Origin: Candidatus Uhrbacteria bacterium
Lineage (GTDB): Bacteria > Patescibacteriota > Patescibacteriia > UBA9934 > GWF2-40-263
Reading direction: 5' to 3'
NCBI GenBank assembly: GCA_023246355.1
Contig: JAHFIQ010000001.1
Location: forward strand, 222,234-286,233
DNA: 64,000 nucleotides
This document shows positions 26,698-37,372 of this stretch, piece by piece. The translations under genes and the position numbers were made by a program. The notes beneath the pieces are model-generated. The model worked only from the letters and a program-made list of their open reading frames with translations, was not told the origin of the DNA and ran no database searches. Each line of letters starts with the position of its first letter. Position 1 is the first letter of the stretch.

Positions 26698-27283
26698 AAC
26701 CTTCTCCAGCTCCAGGATGCGATGAGTCGACATCGAGGTGCCGAACCTCCCCGTCGCTGTGGACGCTTGGGGGAGACTAGCCTGTTATCCCCGGAGTAGC
26801 TTTTATCCGATGAGCTTCCGCCGTCCTATTTCGTACGGTCGGATCACTAACTTCTGCTTTCGCAACTGCTCGACTGGTCGGTCTCGCAGTAAAGCTGGCT
26901 TCTGGGTTTGCCCTTAGAGCGCGATTTCCATCCGCGCCAAGCCAACCTTTGTAAACGCCTCCGTTACATTTTAGGAGGCACCCGCCCCAGGTAAACTACC
27001 CACCAGATCCTGTCCCTGACTCCGGTTTCACGGAGTCTGGTTAGAATGCACACGACACAAGGGTGGTATCTCACTGGTGCCCGAAGGCTCCCACCTATTC
27101 TCAACATGTGATGCATGAACCCAAGATCAAGTTATAGTAAAGCTTCACGGGGTCTTTTCGTCTAGCCGCGGGTAGTGAGCATCTTCACTCACATTGCAAT
27201 TTCGCCGAGTCCATCGTTGAGAGAGTTCTCAACTTGTTATGCCATTCGTGCAGGACGGAACTTACCCGTCAAGGAATTTCGCT

Positions 27284-28002
27284 CGGGTCTGTTACACTCC
27301 CATTCATGGGAGGAGGTGATCATTTCTGTCACCTTCTGCATGTCACCATGCAGGTCGGACTATATCATCGTCTGTTAAGACGTTTGGCGTGTAGTCTCTG
27401 AGGATTCTAGAAATCGTGATGGAACCTTTCGGTTCATACTTTGAATAATGCGAGCAGCATCTTGAAGACCTTCAATTGTTTGATGTCGTCTGTTTTCCAT
27501 TAACTGTAAAACGGCGACAAACTTTTCGAAGTCTTCTTGTTTTGCTGTTCGTAATGGATGTTGAATGAAGAATGGGATGATCTTCAAACGAAGATCCCTC
27601 GTTGACCTCACACAATATCTCAGCAACGATTCGCGGTGATTGTCTGACCTTCGATTAAGATAGATCGATCCACACTGAAAGTGATCATGGATCAACTTCA
27701 GTGCCTCTCGACTCTTCTCACCTTGGGTTACGACAAACTCTGGGAACAATTGCCAGCCAAAGCTAGTGGTTGAATTACGGATCATGCTGACTGAGAAGCA
27801 ACCCTCTCCGTCGACAAATCCTACAATCCACCCAACGATATCTAGTCTTTCCTGCTGATTGTCTGGTCTATTAATCGCCATACTATGGCCGAATAATACC
27901 ATAGACCAGGTGTTCCAGCATATAGCCAAATTTTCTCTCTACATCTCCGCGGCAAACGAAGTTCAAGAGGAGGACATTCACCTCACTAAGGCAGTGTTAT
28001 TC
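27284..28002 (-). mobile_element. group I intron in 23S rRNA (inserted after ..GTCCTAAGGT, E. coli position about 1917) carrying a homing endonuclease gene
   Basis: The exon sequence is continuous when 27284..28002 is removed (GTCCTAAGGT | AGCGAAATTCCTTG). The intron ends in G and the upstream exon ends in U. Confidence 0.75.
27375..27929 (-). CDS. LAGLIDADG homing endonuclease
   Basis: IVGFVDGEGCF motif; lies wholly within the intron. Confidence 0.8.
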   Translation of the reverse strand: MAICWNTWSMVLFGHSMAINRPDNQQERLDIVGWIVGFVDGEGCFSVSMIRNSTTSFGWQLFPEFVVTQGEKSREALKLIHDHFQCGSIYLNRRSDNHRESLLRYCVRSTRDLRLKIIPFFIQHPLRTAKQEDFEKFVAVLQLMENRRHQTIEGLQDAARIIQSMNRKVPSRFLESSETTRQTS

Positions 28003-28856
28003 ACCTTAGGACGATTATAGTTATCGCCGGCGTTCATCCGCGCTTCAGTCGAAGGCTGCCGCCCTTGCGGGCTTGACCCCCTTCCTTAACGTTCGGACAC
28101 TGGCCAGGCATCAGCCCCTATACATCACCTTACGGTTTAGCAGGGACCTGTGTTTTTGGTAAACAGTCAGTTGAGATCTTTCGCTGCGGGTCGCATCCTC
28201 CCGGATGCAACCAGGCCTTATCCCGAAGTTACGGCCACTGTTTTGCCTAGTTCCTAAACGATGGTTCTCTCGTACGCCTTGGCACATTCACGTGCCCATC
28301 TACCTGTGTCGGTTTCCGGTACGGGTCTCTCTCACATAATCTTAGCAGCTTTTCTTGGCGCCCTGTCCTTTCCCCTTGTCAGTCCGATTGGACCAACTTG
28401 CGATTGTCTCCGTGCTCGAGATTGAACTCAGCTTGGCGGACTTCCCTACCAAGCGCCTAGAAACACCCAACGCTATAGCCATAGAGCGCGGGAAATTTCA
28501 GAACGCGTCCCTGCGTCAGTGTGAAAGAGAGTGCAGGAATAATAACCTGCTGTGCATCGACTACGCCTTTCGGCCTCGCCTTAGCTCCCGACTAACCCTG
28601 GGTCGATTCGCGTTGCCCAGGAAACCTTAGATTTACGGCGGACGGGATTCTCACCCGTCTTTTTGCTACTCATGCCAACATTCTCTCTTCGCATCGCTCC
28701 ACCCGTGGTCACCCACGAGCTTCAGTGCTGATACGAATGCTCCCCTACCGCGCCCTTCACTAACGTGAAGGACACCCTCAACTTCGGCACGTCATTTAGC
28801 CCCGGTACATTTTCGGCGCAAGAAAGCTTGACCAGTGAGCTGTTACGCTATCTTTA

Positions 28857-28894
<38 letters not shown>

Positions 28895-29511
28895 AGCCTT
28901 CTCACCACCTTTTACACTTAATGACGATTTAGGGGCCTTAGTTTGAGATCTGGGCTGTTGCCCTTTCGACCAATGGAGCTTCGCCCCCATGGTCTGACTG
29001 CCGGGAACACATAATGGTATTCGGAGTTTGGTTAGGCTCGCTAGCCGAAGCCGCTAAGCCCATTCAGTGCTCTACCCCCATTATGTTATTTACCGACGCT
29101 AGTCCAAAAACTATCTCGGGGAGAACCAGCTATTACCGAGTTCGATTGGAATTTCTCCGCTATCCACGCGTCATCCCCGACTTTTGCACAGGTCGTGGGT
29201 TCGGGCCTCCACGGGTTGTTACACCCGCTTCACCCTGCGCATGGATAGGTCACCCGGTTTCGGGTCGTGTGCGCGTCACACTCTATCTTTCTACTCGACC
29301 CCGCTTACCAAACTTGGCAGCGATTGAATCGAGTAGAGAGAAAGATCACGCGGGTTAACGCTCGCTTTCACTACGCCTTCGTCCCGGAGGACTTAAGCAA
29401 GCGACGCACAGCACACTCGTTGGCTCATTCTTCAATAGGAATGCCATCACCCCTTGCGAGGCTCTGACTCCTTGTAAGCATACGGTTTCAGATACTATTT
29501 CATTCCCCTCT

Positions 29512-29544
<33 letters not shown>

Positions 29545-30509
29545 GTTCACTATCGATCAGAACATGTATTTAGCCTTACCAGATAGTCCCGGCAGGTTCC
29601 TACAGGATTTCACGAGTCCCGTAGTACTCAAGGATGTCACTTATGATGGTGCGAATGAATTTCACATACAGGACTATCACCTTCTGTGGTTCTCTTTTCC
29701 AAGAGATTTTGTTATTCATCACACAGGTCCCATCACTCGTCTTTGAAAGAAGACGACCGTAACCCTTACAACCCCTACAACCACAACGGCTTCCACCTTT
29801 CGCCACCGTTTACATGTTGACTTGCGTCGCGATGCTCACCGTAACTTCATGATCGTAGGTTTGGGCTATTTCCTGTTCGCTCGCCGCTACTAAGGAAATG
29901 GATTCGCTTGCACGTTTCCACGCATCGAGAACTCGTGCGTAAAAATGTGAAACGAATAATACTTTTTCTTTTCCTCTGGGTACTGAGATGTTTCACTTCC
30001 CCAGGTTCCCTTCCTGCACCTATGTATTCAGTACAGGACCATGCGGCATTCCCCGCATGAGGTTTCCCTATTCGGAAATCTTCGGATCAAAGGTTGCTTG
30101 CCACCTCCCCGAAGCTTATCGCAGGCTGCTACGTCCTTCATCGGCACGTTCTGTCGAGCCATTCACCGTATGCCCTTATTAATGCTCTACAACCATTTCT
30201 AAATTCGATTTAGAGAATGGTGTATCTCTTCTACCCTATTGTTCAATTGTGAAAGGTCGTCTGGCCGATATGAGAGACGGCTCTATTCTTCGGTGCAGAT
30301 TTTGTCATCTGAACCCAAGGACACAAAAAACCGCGCAGGCGGTCTTCACCGTAACCAAAGTGTTTACGATAAGATCGCTCTGTCATCGTGAAACTTGTGT
30401 TACGTTTGTCATAGATGTGGTCTCCGTGAGCTCTCCCTCTCTTCAATCCCTCTGGATTCAGCCTCGGTTCAGGGGACAAAAGAGGAAGAACGTGTTTCAA
30501 ATTACTGGC

Positions 30510-30542
30510 AAGAGTTTAAAGGAACCCAGAAAGACTGTCAAG
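30510..30542 (-). promoter_or_regulatory. candidate rRNA-operon promoter (TTGACA-17nt-TAAACT)
   Basis: On the minus strand about 330 nt upstream of the 23S 5' end. Confidence 0.35.
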
Positions 30543-30603
30543 AGAACTATCCCCGGCTCTTCCACAGCCATAAAAAGACATAAAAATGGTAGGATTTAAG
30601 CCT

Positions 30604-31029
30604 ATGTTTACGATCAATATCGTCCAGGTAGGCAAGATGAAAAAAGGCCCACTTGCTGAGCTCGCTCATGAGCTTCACAAACGCCTGCCGCCCTATGCCA
30701 GAGTTCAGCTCAGAACCGTTAAGGAACTCACGGGCGCAGAATCATGGTGGGGTAATGACTCGTTAAAGATTCTCTTAAGCGAAAAAGGAAAGACGACGGA
30801 TTCGATCGCGTTTGCTCAGGCTCTCACCACATGGAGTGATCACGGACAACGTGCTGTGACATTTGTGGTGGCAGGTCCACACGGATTCTCACCAGCCGTT
30901 CTCAAACACGCCGACCATTTGCTCTCTTTGTCACAAATGACCTTCACCCACGAAATGGCGTACGTCATTTTACTCGAACAACTCTACCGCGCCGGAACGA
31001 TCCTCGCGGGCAAGACGTATCACTACTAA
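30604..31029 (+). CDS. rlmH: 23S rRNA (pseudouridine1915-N3)-methyltransferase RlmH (SPOUT)
   Basis: FVVAGPHGFS...LSLSQMTFTHEMAYVILLEQLYRA C-terminal SPOUT pattern. Confidence 0.75.
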   Translation: MFTINIVQVGKMKKGPLAELAHELHKRLPPYARVQLRTVKELTGAESWWGNDSLKILLSEKGKTTDSIAFAQALTTWSDHGQRAVTFVVAGPHGFSPAVLKHADHLLSLSQMTFTHEMAYVILLEQLYRAGTILAGKTYHY

Positions 31030-31036
31030 ATTAAAT

Positions 31037-31714
31037 CTACTTTAACGTCTGAATCCCGATATAGTCGTCGGTCAAACTTTGACCTGGGGCAAATTCAAAT
31101 GGACGTCCAGCAATTTCTTCGATGGTTTCCAAAAGCACCGGATAGCGCTCGGCCATGTAGTGATCGTCGCCGTTGGTTTCAACGAGGCGTGCTTTCAGTT
31201 GTGCGGCCAAACGCTCGCCATGTTCAAACGGCACGAGCGCGTCGTCTTTTGAATGGATGACCACAAACTCGCGCGCCTTCCACATGAGGACCTCCGCATC
31301 AAGGTCTGCCAAAAACAATCTCTGCAATTCTGGACGAGACACATTCCAAGGGGCTGCCACGAGAATCACGGCTCGCGGTGTCTCGGTCATCTCAACCGCT
31401 TCCAGATACTGAGGGATGATAAACGCCCCAAGCGAATGGCCAAGCAAAATATCATCGGACTTGATAAAGCCCACTTGGCTTTTCATCGCCTCGATGATAA
31501 CCGGCAAATTCAATTCTTCTTTTGTGGAAAGTGGAAGCGCAGGCACCACAACCTCAAATCCCTTGTCGCGCAGAGCGCCAGCAAGCCAAGGGTGAAAGTT
31601 CATCTGTGGGTTGGCATTAAAGCCATGGACAAGGATGACGCGCATAATGGTGAGAGCGTACCCAAAAATGATTTGCTTGTCGAGATTGTCGTTGTCATCG
31701 CAAAGTAAATACAC
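31037..31714 (-). CDS. alpha/beta-hydrolase (RBBP9/YdeN-like serine hydrolase)
   Basis: VILVHGFNANP and GHSLGA nucleophile elbow; GTG start, or the internal ATG at 31645. Confidence 0.6.
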   Translation of the reverse strand: MYLLCDDNDNLDKQIIFGYALTIMRVILVHGFNANPQMNFHPWLAGALRDKGFEVVVPALPLSTKEELNLPVIIEAMKSQVGFIKSDDILLGHSLGAFIIPQYLEAVEMTETPRAVILVAAPWNVSRPELQRLFLADLDAEVLMWKAREFVVIHSKDDALVPFEHGERLAAQLKARLVETNGDDHYMAERYPVLLETIEEIAGRPFEFAPGQSLTDDYIGIQTLK

Positions 31715-31729
31715 TAAACTCGTCTGTAT

Positions 31730-31814
31730 GCCGGGGTGGCGAAACTGGTAGACGCGCCAGCCTTAGGAGCTGGTATCGCAAGATATGGAGGTTCGAGTCC
31801 TCTCCCCGGCACCA
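31730..31814 (+). tRNA. tRNA-Leu (anticodon TAG)
   Basis: Long variable arm; anticodon loop cTTAGGa; CCA encoded. Confidence 0.8.
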
Positions 31815-31818
31815 CGCT

Positions 31819-32475
31819 ATGGATCAAAAACAGCAACGCATCATCGACCACGTCTCACAAGCGGTTCGTGCACGGATGTCTGGCGATTCGTCACATGACT
31901 GGTGGCATGTATTTCGTGTGTCGAACATGGCAAAACAACTCTGTAAACAAGAAGGCGCAGATTCTTTTGTGGTCGAACTTGGTGCCCTCTTGCATGACGT
32001 GGCTGACTGGAAATTTCATGACGGCGACGATACGGTTGGTCCACGAGTCGCTCGTGAGATTCTCGTGGAGCACGAAGTCGACTCAACCGTGATCGATCAG
32101 GTCTGTGAAATTATTTCGACGATCTCATTCAAAGGCGCTGGCGTTCCGACACCCATGAAAACGCTCGAGGGAAAAATCGTTCAAGATGCAGATCGATTGG
32201 ATGCGATCGGCGCGATCGGCATCGCTCGAACATTTGCTTACGGAGGAAATAAAAATCGCGAGATGTACAATCCAGAGCGTGAACCAACGCTCCATCAAAA
32301 CAAAGAGGACTACTTCCGCAACGATGGCGCGACGATCAATCACTTCTACGAAAAGCTTCTTCTGCTCAAAGACCGAATGAACACCAACACGGCCAAACAG
32401 ATCGCACAGAACCGACATCAGTTTATGGAACTGTATCTGAAAGAATTTTTTCGTGAGTGGGAAGGAAGGGGATAA
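31819..32475 (+). CDS. HD-domain phosphohydrolase
   Basis: HDWWHVFRV...LLHDVADWK HD motif. Confidence 0.75.
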   Translation: MDQKQQRIIDHVSQAVRARMSGDSSHDWWHVFRVSNMAKQLCKQEGADSFVVELGALLHDVADWKFHDGDDTVGPRVAREILVEHEVDSTVIDQVCEIISTISFKGAGVPTPMKTLEGKIVQDADRLDAIGAIGIARTFAYGGNKNREMYNPEREPTLHQNKEDYFRNDGATINHFYEKLLLLKDRMNTNTAKQIAQNRHQFMELYLKEFFREWEGRG

Positions 32476-32477
32476 CT

Positions 32478-33002
32478 ATGTACTCCCCCGTCACCCACAT
32501 CCCCTACACCATCTGCTTCTGCAAAGCCGGCGATAAAATTTTGATGCTCCATCGCCATCGTCCTCCCAACCAAGGACTCTGGAATGGAGTTGGCGGAAAA
32601 ATCAAAGATGACGAGTCCATCGAGGAAAGTCTGCACCGAGAGGTATTCGAGGAAACAGGACTCGACATCCAAGATGCACTCGAGATTCGATTGGCTGGTG
32701 TTGTGAGCTGGACCGGCGCTCGAGATCCAAACAACGAAAACCGTGGGATGTACGCATACGTCGTCGAGTTTCCTGAGTCAGTCATCAACAATTCTCAGGA
32801 AACAGATGAAGGGACACTCCAGTGGAAGCCGATCACCTGGATCCTGAGTCACACCAACACCGAGGTCACCGAAAATATTCCCTACTTTCTTCCACGCATG
32901 CTCTGTCATCTCCCTCCTGCCGAGTATCGATGTGTATACGACAACGGCGTGCTCAAAGAATTTCTGATTCGTCCATGGAAAAACCAGTCGATTCAAAAAT
33001 AA
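32478..33002 (+). CDS. NUDIX hydrolase
   Basis: Nudix box GGKIKDDESIEESLHREVFEETGL. Confidence 0.75.
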   Translation: MYSPVTHIPYTICFCKAGDKILMLHRHRPPNQGLWNGVGGKIKDDESIEESLHREVFEETGLDIQDALEIRLAGVVSWTGARDPNNENRGMYAYVVEFPESVINNSQETDEGTLQWKPITWILSHTNTEVTENIPYFLPRMLCHLPPAEYRCVYDNGVLKEFLIRPWKNQSIQK

Positions 33003-33090
33003 TCCACACCCACGCTCTTGACGGCCTGCCAGATCCATGATGTCATGAAGGTACAAGTGAATCCCTCCCCAATCGCTCGCTCACCATTTT

Positions 33091-35787
33091 TTGTGTAAGC
33101 GGCGTTGGGGAGTTTTTGTTTGTCGCGCGTTCTGTGCACAGCTCATTAACAATCTAAACCGACCTATGATGCTATTTAATCGAGCCTGGCTTGTTGTTGT
33201 CATGCTTCTGTCGATCGTGGCCCTCCCGATCCGCGCAGGAGCAACTTCACCCACGGTGATCTTTTCTGAGATCGCCTGGGCTGGTTCGTCGATCTCAAGT
33301 TCTGACGAATGGATCGAGCTCACAAATCTTACTTCTGAAACAATCGATGTCTCAGGATGGACGATCACGGGGGCAGGATCCAGTGGAAAAAAACTGACGC
33401 TCCCAACAAGCAGCTCCATGGCCCCTTACTCAACCTTTCTCATCACCAATTATGAACATGGAAACAAAAACACGGTCCTTGCCTCTGCACCCAACTACAC
33501 AACGTCCACCGTGTCCCTGCCAAATGACGGATTCGCACTTACTCTCTTTGATGCTCTCGGTACAACCATCGATACCGCAGGAGGAAGTGGAGCTCCTTTC
33601 GCTGGAGGATCTGGCGCTACTGCAACGTCTGCTGATGGACGATACCGATCCATGGTCCGAATCGATGGACTGATGGCTGGATCAGAAAAAACAGCTTGGA
33701 CAGATGCAACAAGTTCATCTGGATTTCTCGAAGGTGTTACAGATTTGGGAACACCTGGAGTTGTTGAACCGGTCGAACAAGTTGTGATCGTTGAGAACGT
33801 GGAGACCGCGGAAGTCGCAGAGGCTGAAGTGACAGAAACACCGGTCCAAGAAGAAGTGGTCGTTGTGGTCGTGCCAATCGCAGTGGAAGAAGTATCCGTT
33901 GCACAAACCGTAGAAGAGACAGTCGAGGTCATCGTTGATGAAATTCAATCAGCCCCCTCTGTCCTATCCGACCCAGAAGTCCTAGCTCAAGATCCAATCA
34001 TTGAGGAAACCATTCAAGCAGATGTGGTCGAGGAAACAACGGAGAATGAGGTGGACAAGGTGGATGAGGTGGAAGAAGTGGAAGAGGAAGTAAAAATTGA
34101 AACAGTGTTAACCGAACCACTCGTGTCCTACACACCCGGGGTGATTCTGATCAACGAGTTCGTTGTGGATCCATTGGACACTCAAACCGAATGGATCGAA
34201 TTGGTGAACCGTTCAGGTGAAACAATCACACCCACCAACTGGACCATCGAGGACGCAGCAGGAAAAACAACGGACCTCTCGAATCTAATTCTTGCCCCGG
34301 GATCGTTTGCGATCGTCGATGCTCCAAAAGGAAAACTCAACAACGACCGTGACACGATCACTCTGCGCGACGCCACACATCTCATCATCGACTCAGTGAG
34401 CTACGGCGGCTCACTGCCCTCACCTCAAGACGGGATGGCACTCGCACGAAATAGTTCAGATGAGTTTGTACTCACGGAAACCACAACACCTGGAACGGTG
34501 AACGTAATTTTTGTGGAACAAGCCGTAGAGGCTATCAAAGCCGCCGAAACGAAAGAAGAATCGGTTGAGAAAGATGCATCGGTATCATCTGACCAAGATG
34601 CAGCGAATGAAGTACAGACCTACACAGGTCCGACAACCCTTGGGTTCTCCTCGCTCTATCCCAATACAACAGGGTCAGATGAAACGGAAGAATATATCGA
34701 GCTCACCAACACGGGAACAGAATCCATCGACCTGCTGGGCTGGTCCATCGAAGACAGCACACTCGATCGCTACACAGGCTCAGAGTCACAAATCGTGGAG
34801 CCTGGAGCTCACGTGAAAATCGGACGAATAGATTCTGGCATCACTCTCAACAACACGGGTGACACACTTGAGCTCCGTGATCCAAACAACGAGGTTGTGG
34901 ACACCGTGAGTTATGGTAATGCAGCAAAGGGAGCGGCCTACACACTTGAAGACGATGCATGGTCCTGGTCAGGAACTGTCTCAGTTGCTGAAGCGATCGC
35001 TGCCACAATGGCAGTGAGCACTACACGAACCATCTCAAGTGCATCCTCTTCTTCCACATCCTCAAGAACGCAAACCATGACCATCGAGGAATCAAAAAAC
35101 CTGTCAGACGGTAAGCGTGTACGAGTGGAAGGAATCGTCACAGCCCTGCCTGGAGTGTTTGCTCGCCAGACGCTCTATGTCATGGACGAAACCGGTGGCA
35201 TTCAAATCTACTTCTACGATGCTGACTTTCCCGAACTCGTGATCGGGCAGAGGATCTCTCTCATAGGAGAAATGAGCACGTCCCACGGCGAGCGACGCAT
35301 TAAAATACACACGCAAGAGGATGTGGTCACCACAGAACAAACCGCGACGAACACACCGATTCTTCTCTCGATCCCAGAGATAGGCGATGATCAGGTGGGG
35401 TTACTCATCACCACAAAAGGCTTGGTGCAATCGCGTGAAAGCGGAAAGCTCCTGATCGAAGATTCTGGATCCGAACTGGTTGTGTCTTTGAAGAGCAACC
35501 CTGAGATTGATGCAGCTCGCTTTGAGCGGGGGGATCACATCACCATCACTGGTGTCCTTACCAGCTACGACGGTGAGCATCGTATTCGACCACGTACAGA
35601 GGAAGACATCATGATCGACGAGTCCGTCGAAACCCTTGCTCTGTCAACAGATGAGGATGGCAAATCTCTATTTGAAGATGCCCAAGCACGCACAGGTATG
35701 ATCCTCTTGCTCGTCACGGCTGCATCGCTGGGGTTGCTCGCTTTCCGTCAACGTCGTATTCGACAGCTCACCTTGAGCACACCCTAA
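33091..35787 (+). CDS. large secreted protein with three lamin-tail-domain (LTD) repeats, acidic linker, OB-fold region and C-terminal TM anchor
   Basis: Three repeats of the ..EWIELTN.S....D.SGW.I.D.. pattern typical of LTDs; signal peptide; C-terminal hydrophobic segment followed by RQRRIR. Confidence 0.55.
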   Translation: MCKRRWGVFVCRAFCAQLINNLNRPMMLFNRAWLVVVMLLSIVALPIRAGATSPTVIFSEIAWAGSSISSSDEWIELTNLTSETIDVSGWTITGAGSSGKKLTLPTSSSMAPYSTFLITNYEHGNKNTVLASAPNYTTSTVSLPNDGFALTLFDALGTTIDTAGGSGAPFAGGSGATATSADGRYRSMVRIDGLMAGSEKTAWTDATSSSGFLEGVTDLGTPGVVEPVEQVVIVENVETAEVAEAEVTETPVQEEVVVVVVPIAVEEVSVAQTVEETVEVIVDEIQSAPSVLSDPEVLAQDPIIEETIQADVVEETTENEVDKVDEVEEVEEEVKIETVLTEPLVSYTPGVILINEFVVDPLDTQTEWIELVNRSGETITPTNWTIEDAAGKTTDLSNLILAPGSFAIVDAPKGKLNNDRDTITLRDATHLIIDSVSYGGSLPSPQDGMALARNSSDEFVLTETTTPGTVNVIFVEQAVEAIKAAETKEESVEKDASVSSDQDAANEVQTYTGPTTLGFSSLYPNTTGSDETEEYIELTNTGTESIDLLGWSIEDSTLDRYTGSESQIVEPGAHVKIGRIDSGITLNNTGDTLELRDPNNEVVDTVSYGNAAKGAAYTLEDDAWSWSGTVSVAEAIAATMAVSTTRTISSASSSSTSSRTQTMTIEESKNLSDGKRVRVEGIVTALPGVFARQTLYVMDETGGIQIYFYDADFPELVIGQRISLIGEMSTSHGERRIKIHTQEDVVTTEQTATNTPILLSIPEIGDDQVGLLITTKGLVQSRESGKLLIEDSGSELVVSLKSNPEIDAARFERGDHITITGVLTSYDGEHRIRPRTEEDIMIDESVETLALSTDEDGKSLFEDAQARTGMILLLVTAASLGLLAFRQRRIRQLTLSTP

Positions 35788-35807
35788 TATGAGCCCGTAC
35801 AAAATCA

Positions 35808-36149
35808 GTGCCTCGCAACTTCAAGGTTCTATTGAACGCCAAGCCTACGCCTACGGCATCTCCCCAGCCGTTTCAACCTTACTCGGGGAATATGTCATCG
35901 AACTCATCAAAAACACCTATGTCAGACCCACAGAGAAACAACTGGTTCCAAGCCCTGTTGGACAGAATTAACATGTTCGCAGAACAGTTCGAGCTGGACG
36001 AAGTCGAAACAGGAGCATTCCGTGACTTCGTGGTCACAACCGCCCGAGAACAATTCAAAGTCGGAAGCAAATCCGGCGCCGGATGGGCCTTTAAGAAAGC
36101 TCGTGAAGGGCAGGCCCAACCCCCTCGTCTTGTTGAACAACCTGTATGA
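35808..36149 (+). CDS. hypothetical protein
   Basis: ORF only; the alternative overlapping frame 35789..35971 is also open. Confidence 0.25.
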   Translation: MPRNFKVLLNAKPTPTASPQPFQPYSGNMSSNSSKTPMSDPQRNNWFQALLDRINMFAEQFELDEVETGAFRDFVVTTAREQFKVGSKSGAGWAFKKAREGQAQPPRLVEQPV

Positions 36150-36164
36150 ACGGCTAATGAGTAG

Positions 36165-36192
36165 AGCCCGGTTGAAGGCCTAACCGGGCTTC
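36165..36192 (+). terminator. terminator hairpin (AGCCCGGTT-gaaggcct-AACCGGGCT)
   Basis: 9-bp GC-rich stem followed by a pyrimidine-rich tail; an extended -10 TGGTATAAT for the next gene follows at about 36203. Confidence 0.45.
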
Positions 36193-36229
36193 TTCCTCCC
36201 ATGGTATAATCACACAAACGAAACAACCT

Positions 36230-36703
36230 ATGGAAAAAGAAATGACCCTCAATCAACTTGCCAACAAAATGGACCAACGCTTTGATGGGTTAGAGAAGCG
36301 ATTCGAAGGGATTGACCAACAGTTCGTTGGGATAGAGAAACGATTCGAAGGGATCGATCAACGGTTCGATGGGATGGATCAACGGTTCGATGGGATGGAG
36401 AAGCGGTTCGGTGAGATGGATCAACGGTTCGATGGGATGGAGAAGCGGTTCGGTGAGATGGATCAACAGTTCGTCGGAATAGAAAAGCGCCTTGGGAACG
36501 TGGAAAACAAAGTGGACGGCATTGCCACGGACTTGGAAGATTTAGCGATTATGACAAAGATGGGATTCGATGATCTGGGAGAAAAAGTCGACGCAAACAC
36601 TAAATCGATCTCTGTTCTCAGTCACCGAGTTGGGAAGCTACAAGACAAGTCCCTGGATCATGACGTGCGAATCAGACGACTTGAAAGAGCCCAACCAGCC
36701 TAA
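36230..36703 (+). CDS. coiled-coil repeat protein with about nine tandem 11-residue repeats (consensus KRFEGIDQRFDGMx)
   Basis: 33-nt nucleotide period between about 36290 and 36490. Confidence 0.6.
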   Translation: MEKEMTLNQLANKMDQRFDGLEKRFEGIDQQFVGIEKRFEGIDQRFDGMDQRFDGMEKRFGEMDQRFDGMEKRFGEMDQQFVGIEKRLGNVENKVDGIATDLEDLAIMTKMGFDDLGEKVDANTKSISVLSHRVGKLQDKSLDHDVRIRRLERAQPA

Positions 36704-36709
36704 TAATAA

Positions 36710-36742
36710 AACACCTCCGACATTTCCTCGGAGGTGTTTATT
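36710..36742 (+). terminator. rho-independent terminator
   Basis: ACACCTCCGA-catttcc-TCGGAGGTGT followed by TTATTGTT. Confidence 0.65.
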
Positions 36743-36745
36743 GTT

Positions 36746-37210
36746 CTACTTCCAACTAAACAGAATCCCGGCCATCACTAGAAGGGACACAAGATAGTAG
36801 ACGTTGTCCAACAGCCACAAGTTTTTGGAACGTCCTCCCCAAATCACACTATTTAAACTCACGGTTGCAATGAAACCCAACCACGTCCAAAAAGCTGCCT
36901 CAAATGCCATGCTGAGAGTAACCGCGTTGAGCGCGACAAAATGTGCCAGCACGTAGGACATCAGAAGTGACACGCCAAAACCCATGGCATAGATCGCGTG
37001 CATGTTGGGATGGCATTTTTCTATGCTTTCTTTGGTCATGCCTGAGAGGGCCATCCACTTTTTTCCAAACAAGGGGCCGTACCAGATGGAACCGATGATC
37101 ATATTGGCTATGGCCGCCACAAGCACGGCAACCAGGTTGACTTCAATGGACATAGGAAAAGAGAGAGTGAATAATGATTCCATGGTAGCACCGCTTGAAA
37201 AGAAAAACAT
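36746..37210 (-). CDS. DUF1761-like small membrane protein
   Basis: Four predicted TM helices; the start may be MESLFTL. Confidence 0.45.
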   Translation of the reverse strand: MFFFSSGATMESLFTLSFPMSIEVNLVAVLVAAIANMIIGSIWYGPLFGKKWMALSGMTKESIEKCHPNMHAIYAMGFGVSLLMSYVLAHFVALNAVTLSMAFEAAFWTWLGFIATVSLNSVIWGGRSKNLWLLDNVYYLVSLLVMAGILFSWK

Positions 37211-37240
37211 CTACTGGTACACTCATGCTCGAAATTCATT

Positions 37241-37315
37241 GCGGGTATAGCTCAGTGGTAGAGCGTCTCCTTGCCAAGGAGAAGGTCGCGGGTTCGAACC
37301 CCGTTGCCCGCTCCA
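37241..37315 (+). tRNA. tRNA-Gly (anticodon GCC)
   Basis: Anticodon loop cTTGCCAa; CCA encoded. Confidence 0.85.
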
Positions 37316-37372
37316 CAATGCACCTTAGACTGTCTAGGGTGTTTTGTTTTAGGCTGCTATACTAAAACGTAC

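Noticed and set aside
30243-30500. 85-aa minus-strand ORF in the 23S leader
   Set aside because: It reads through an intrinsic-terminator-like hairpin and has no SD, so it is more likely non-coding leader or small RNA.
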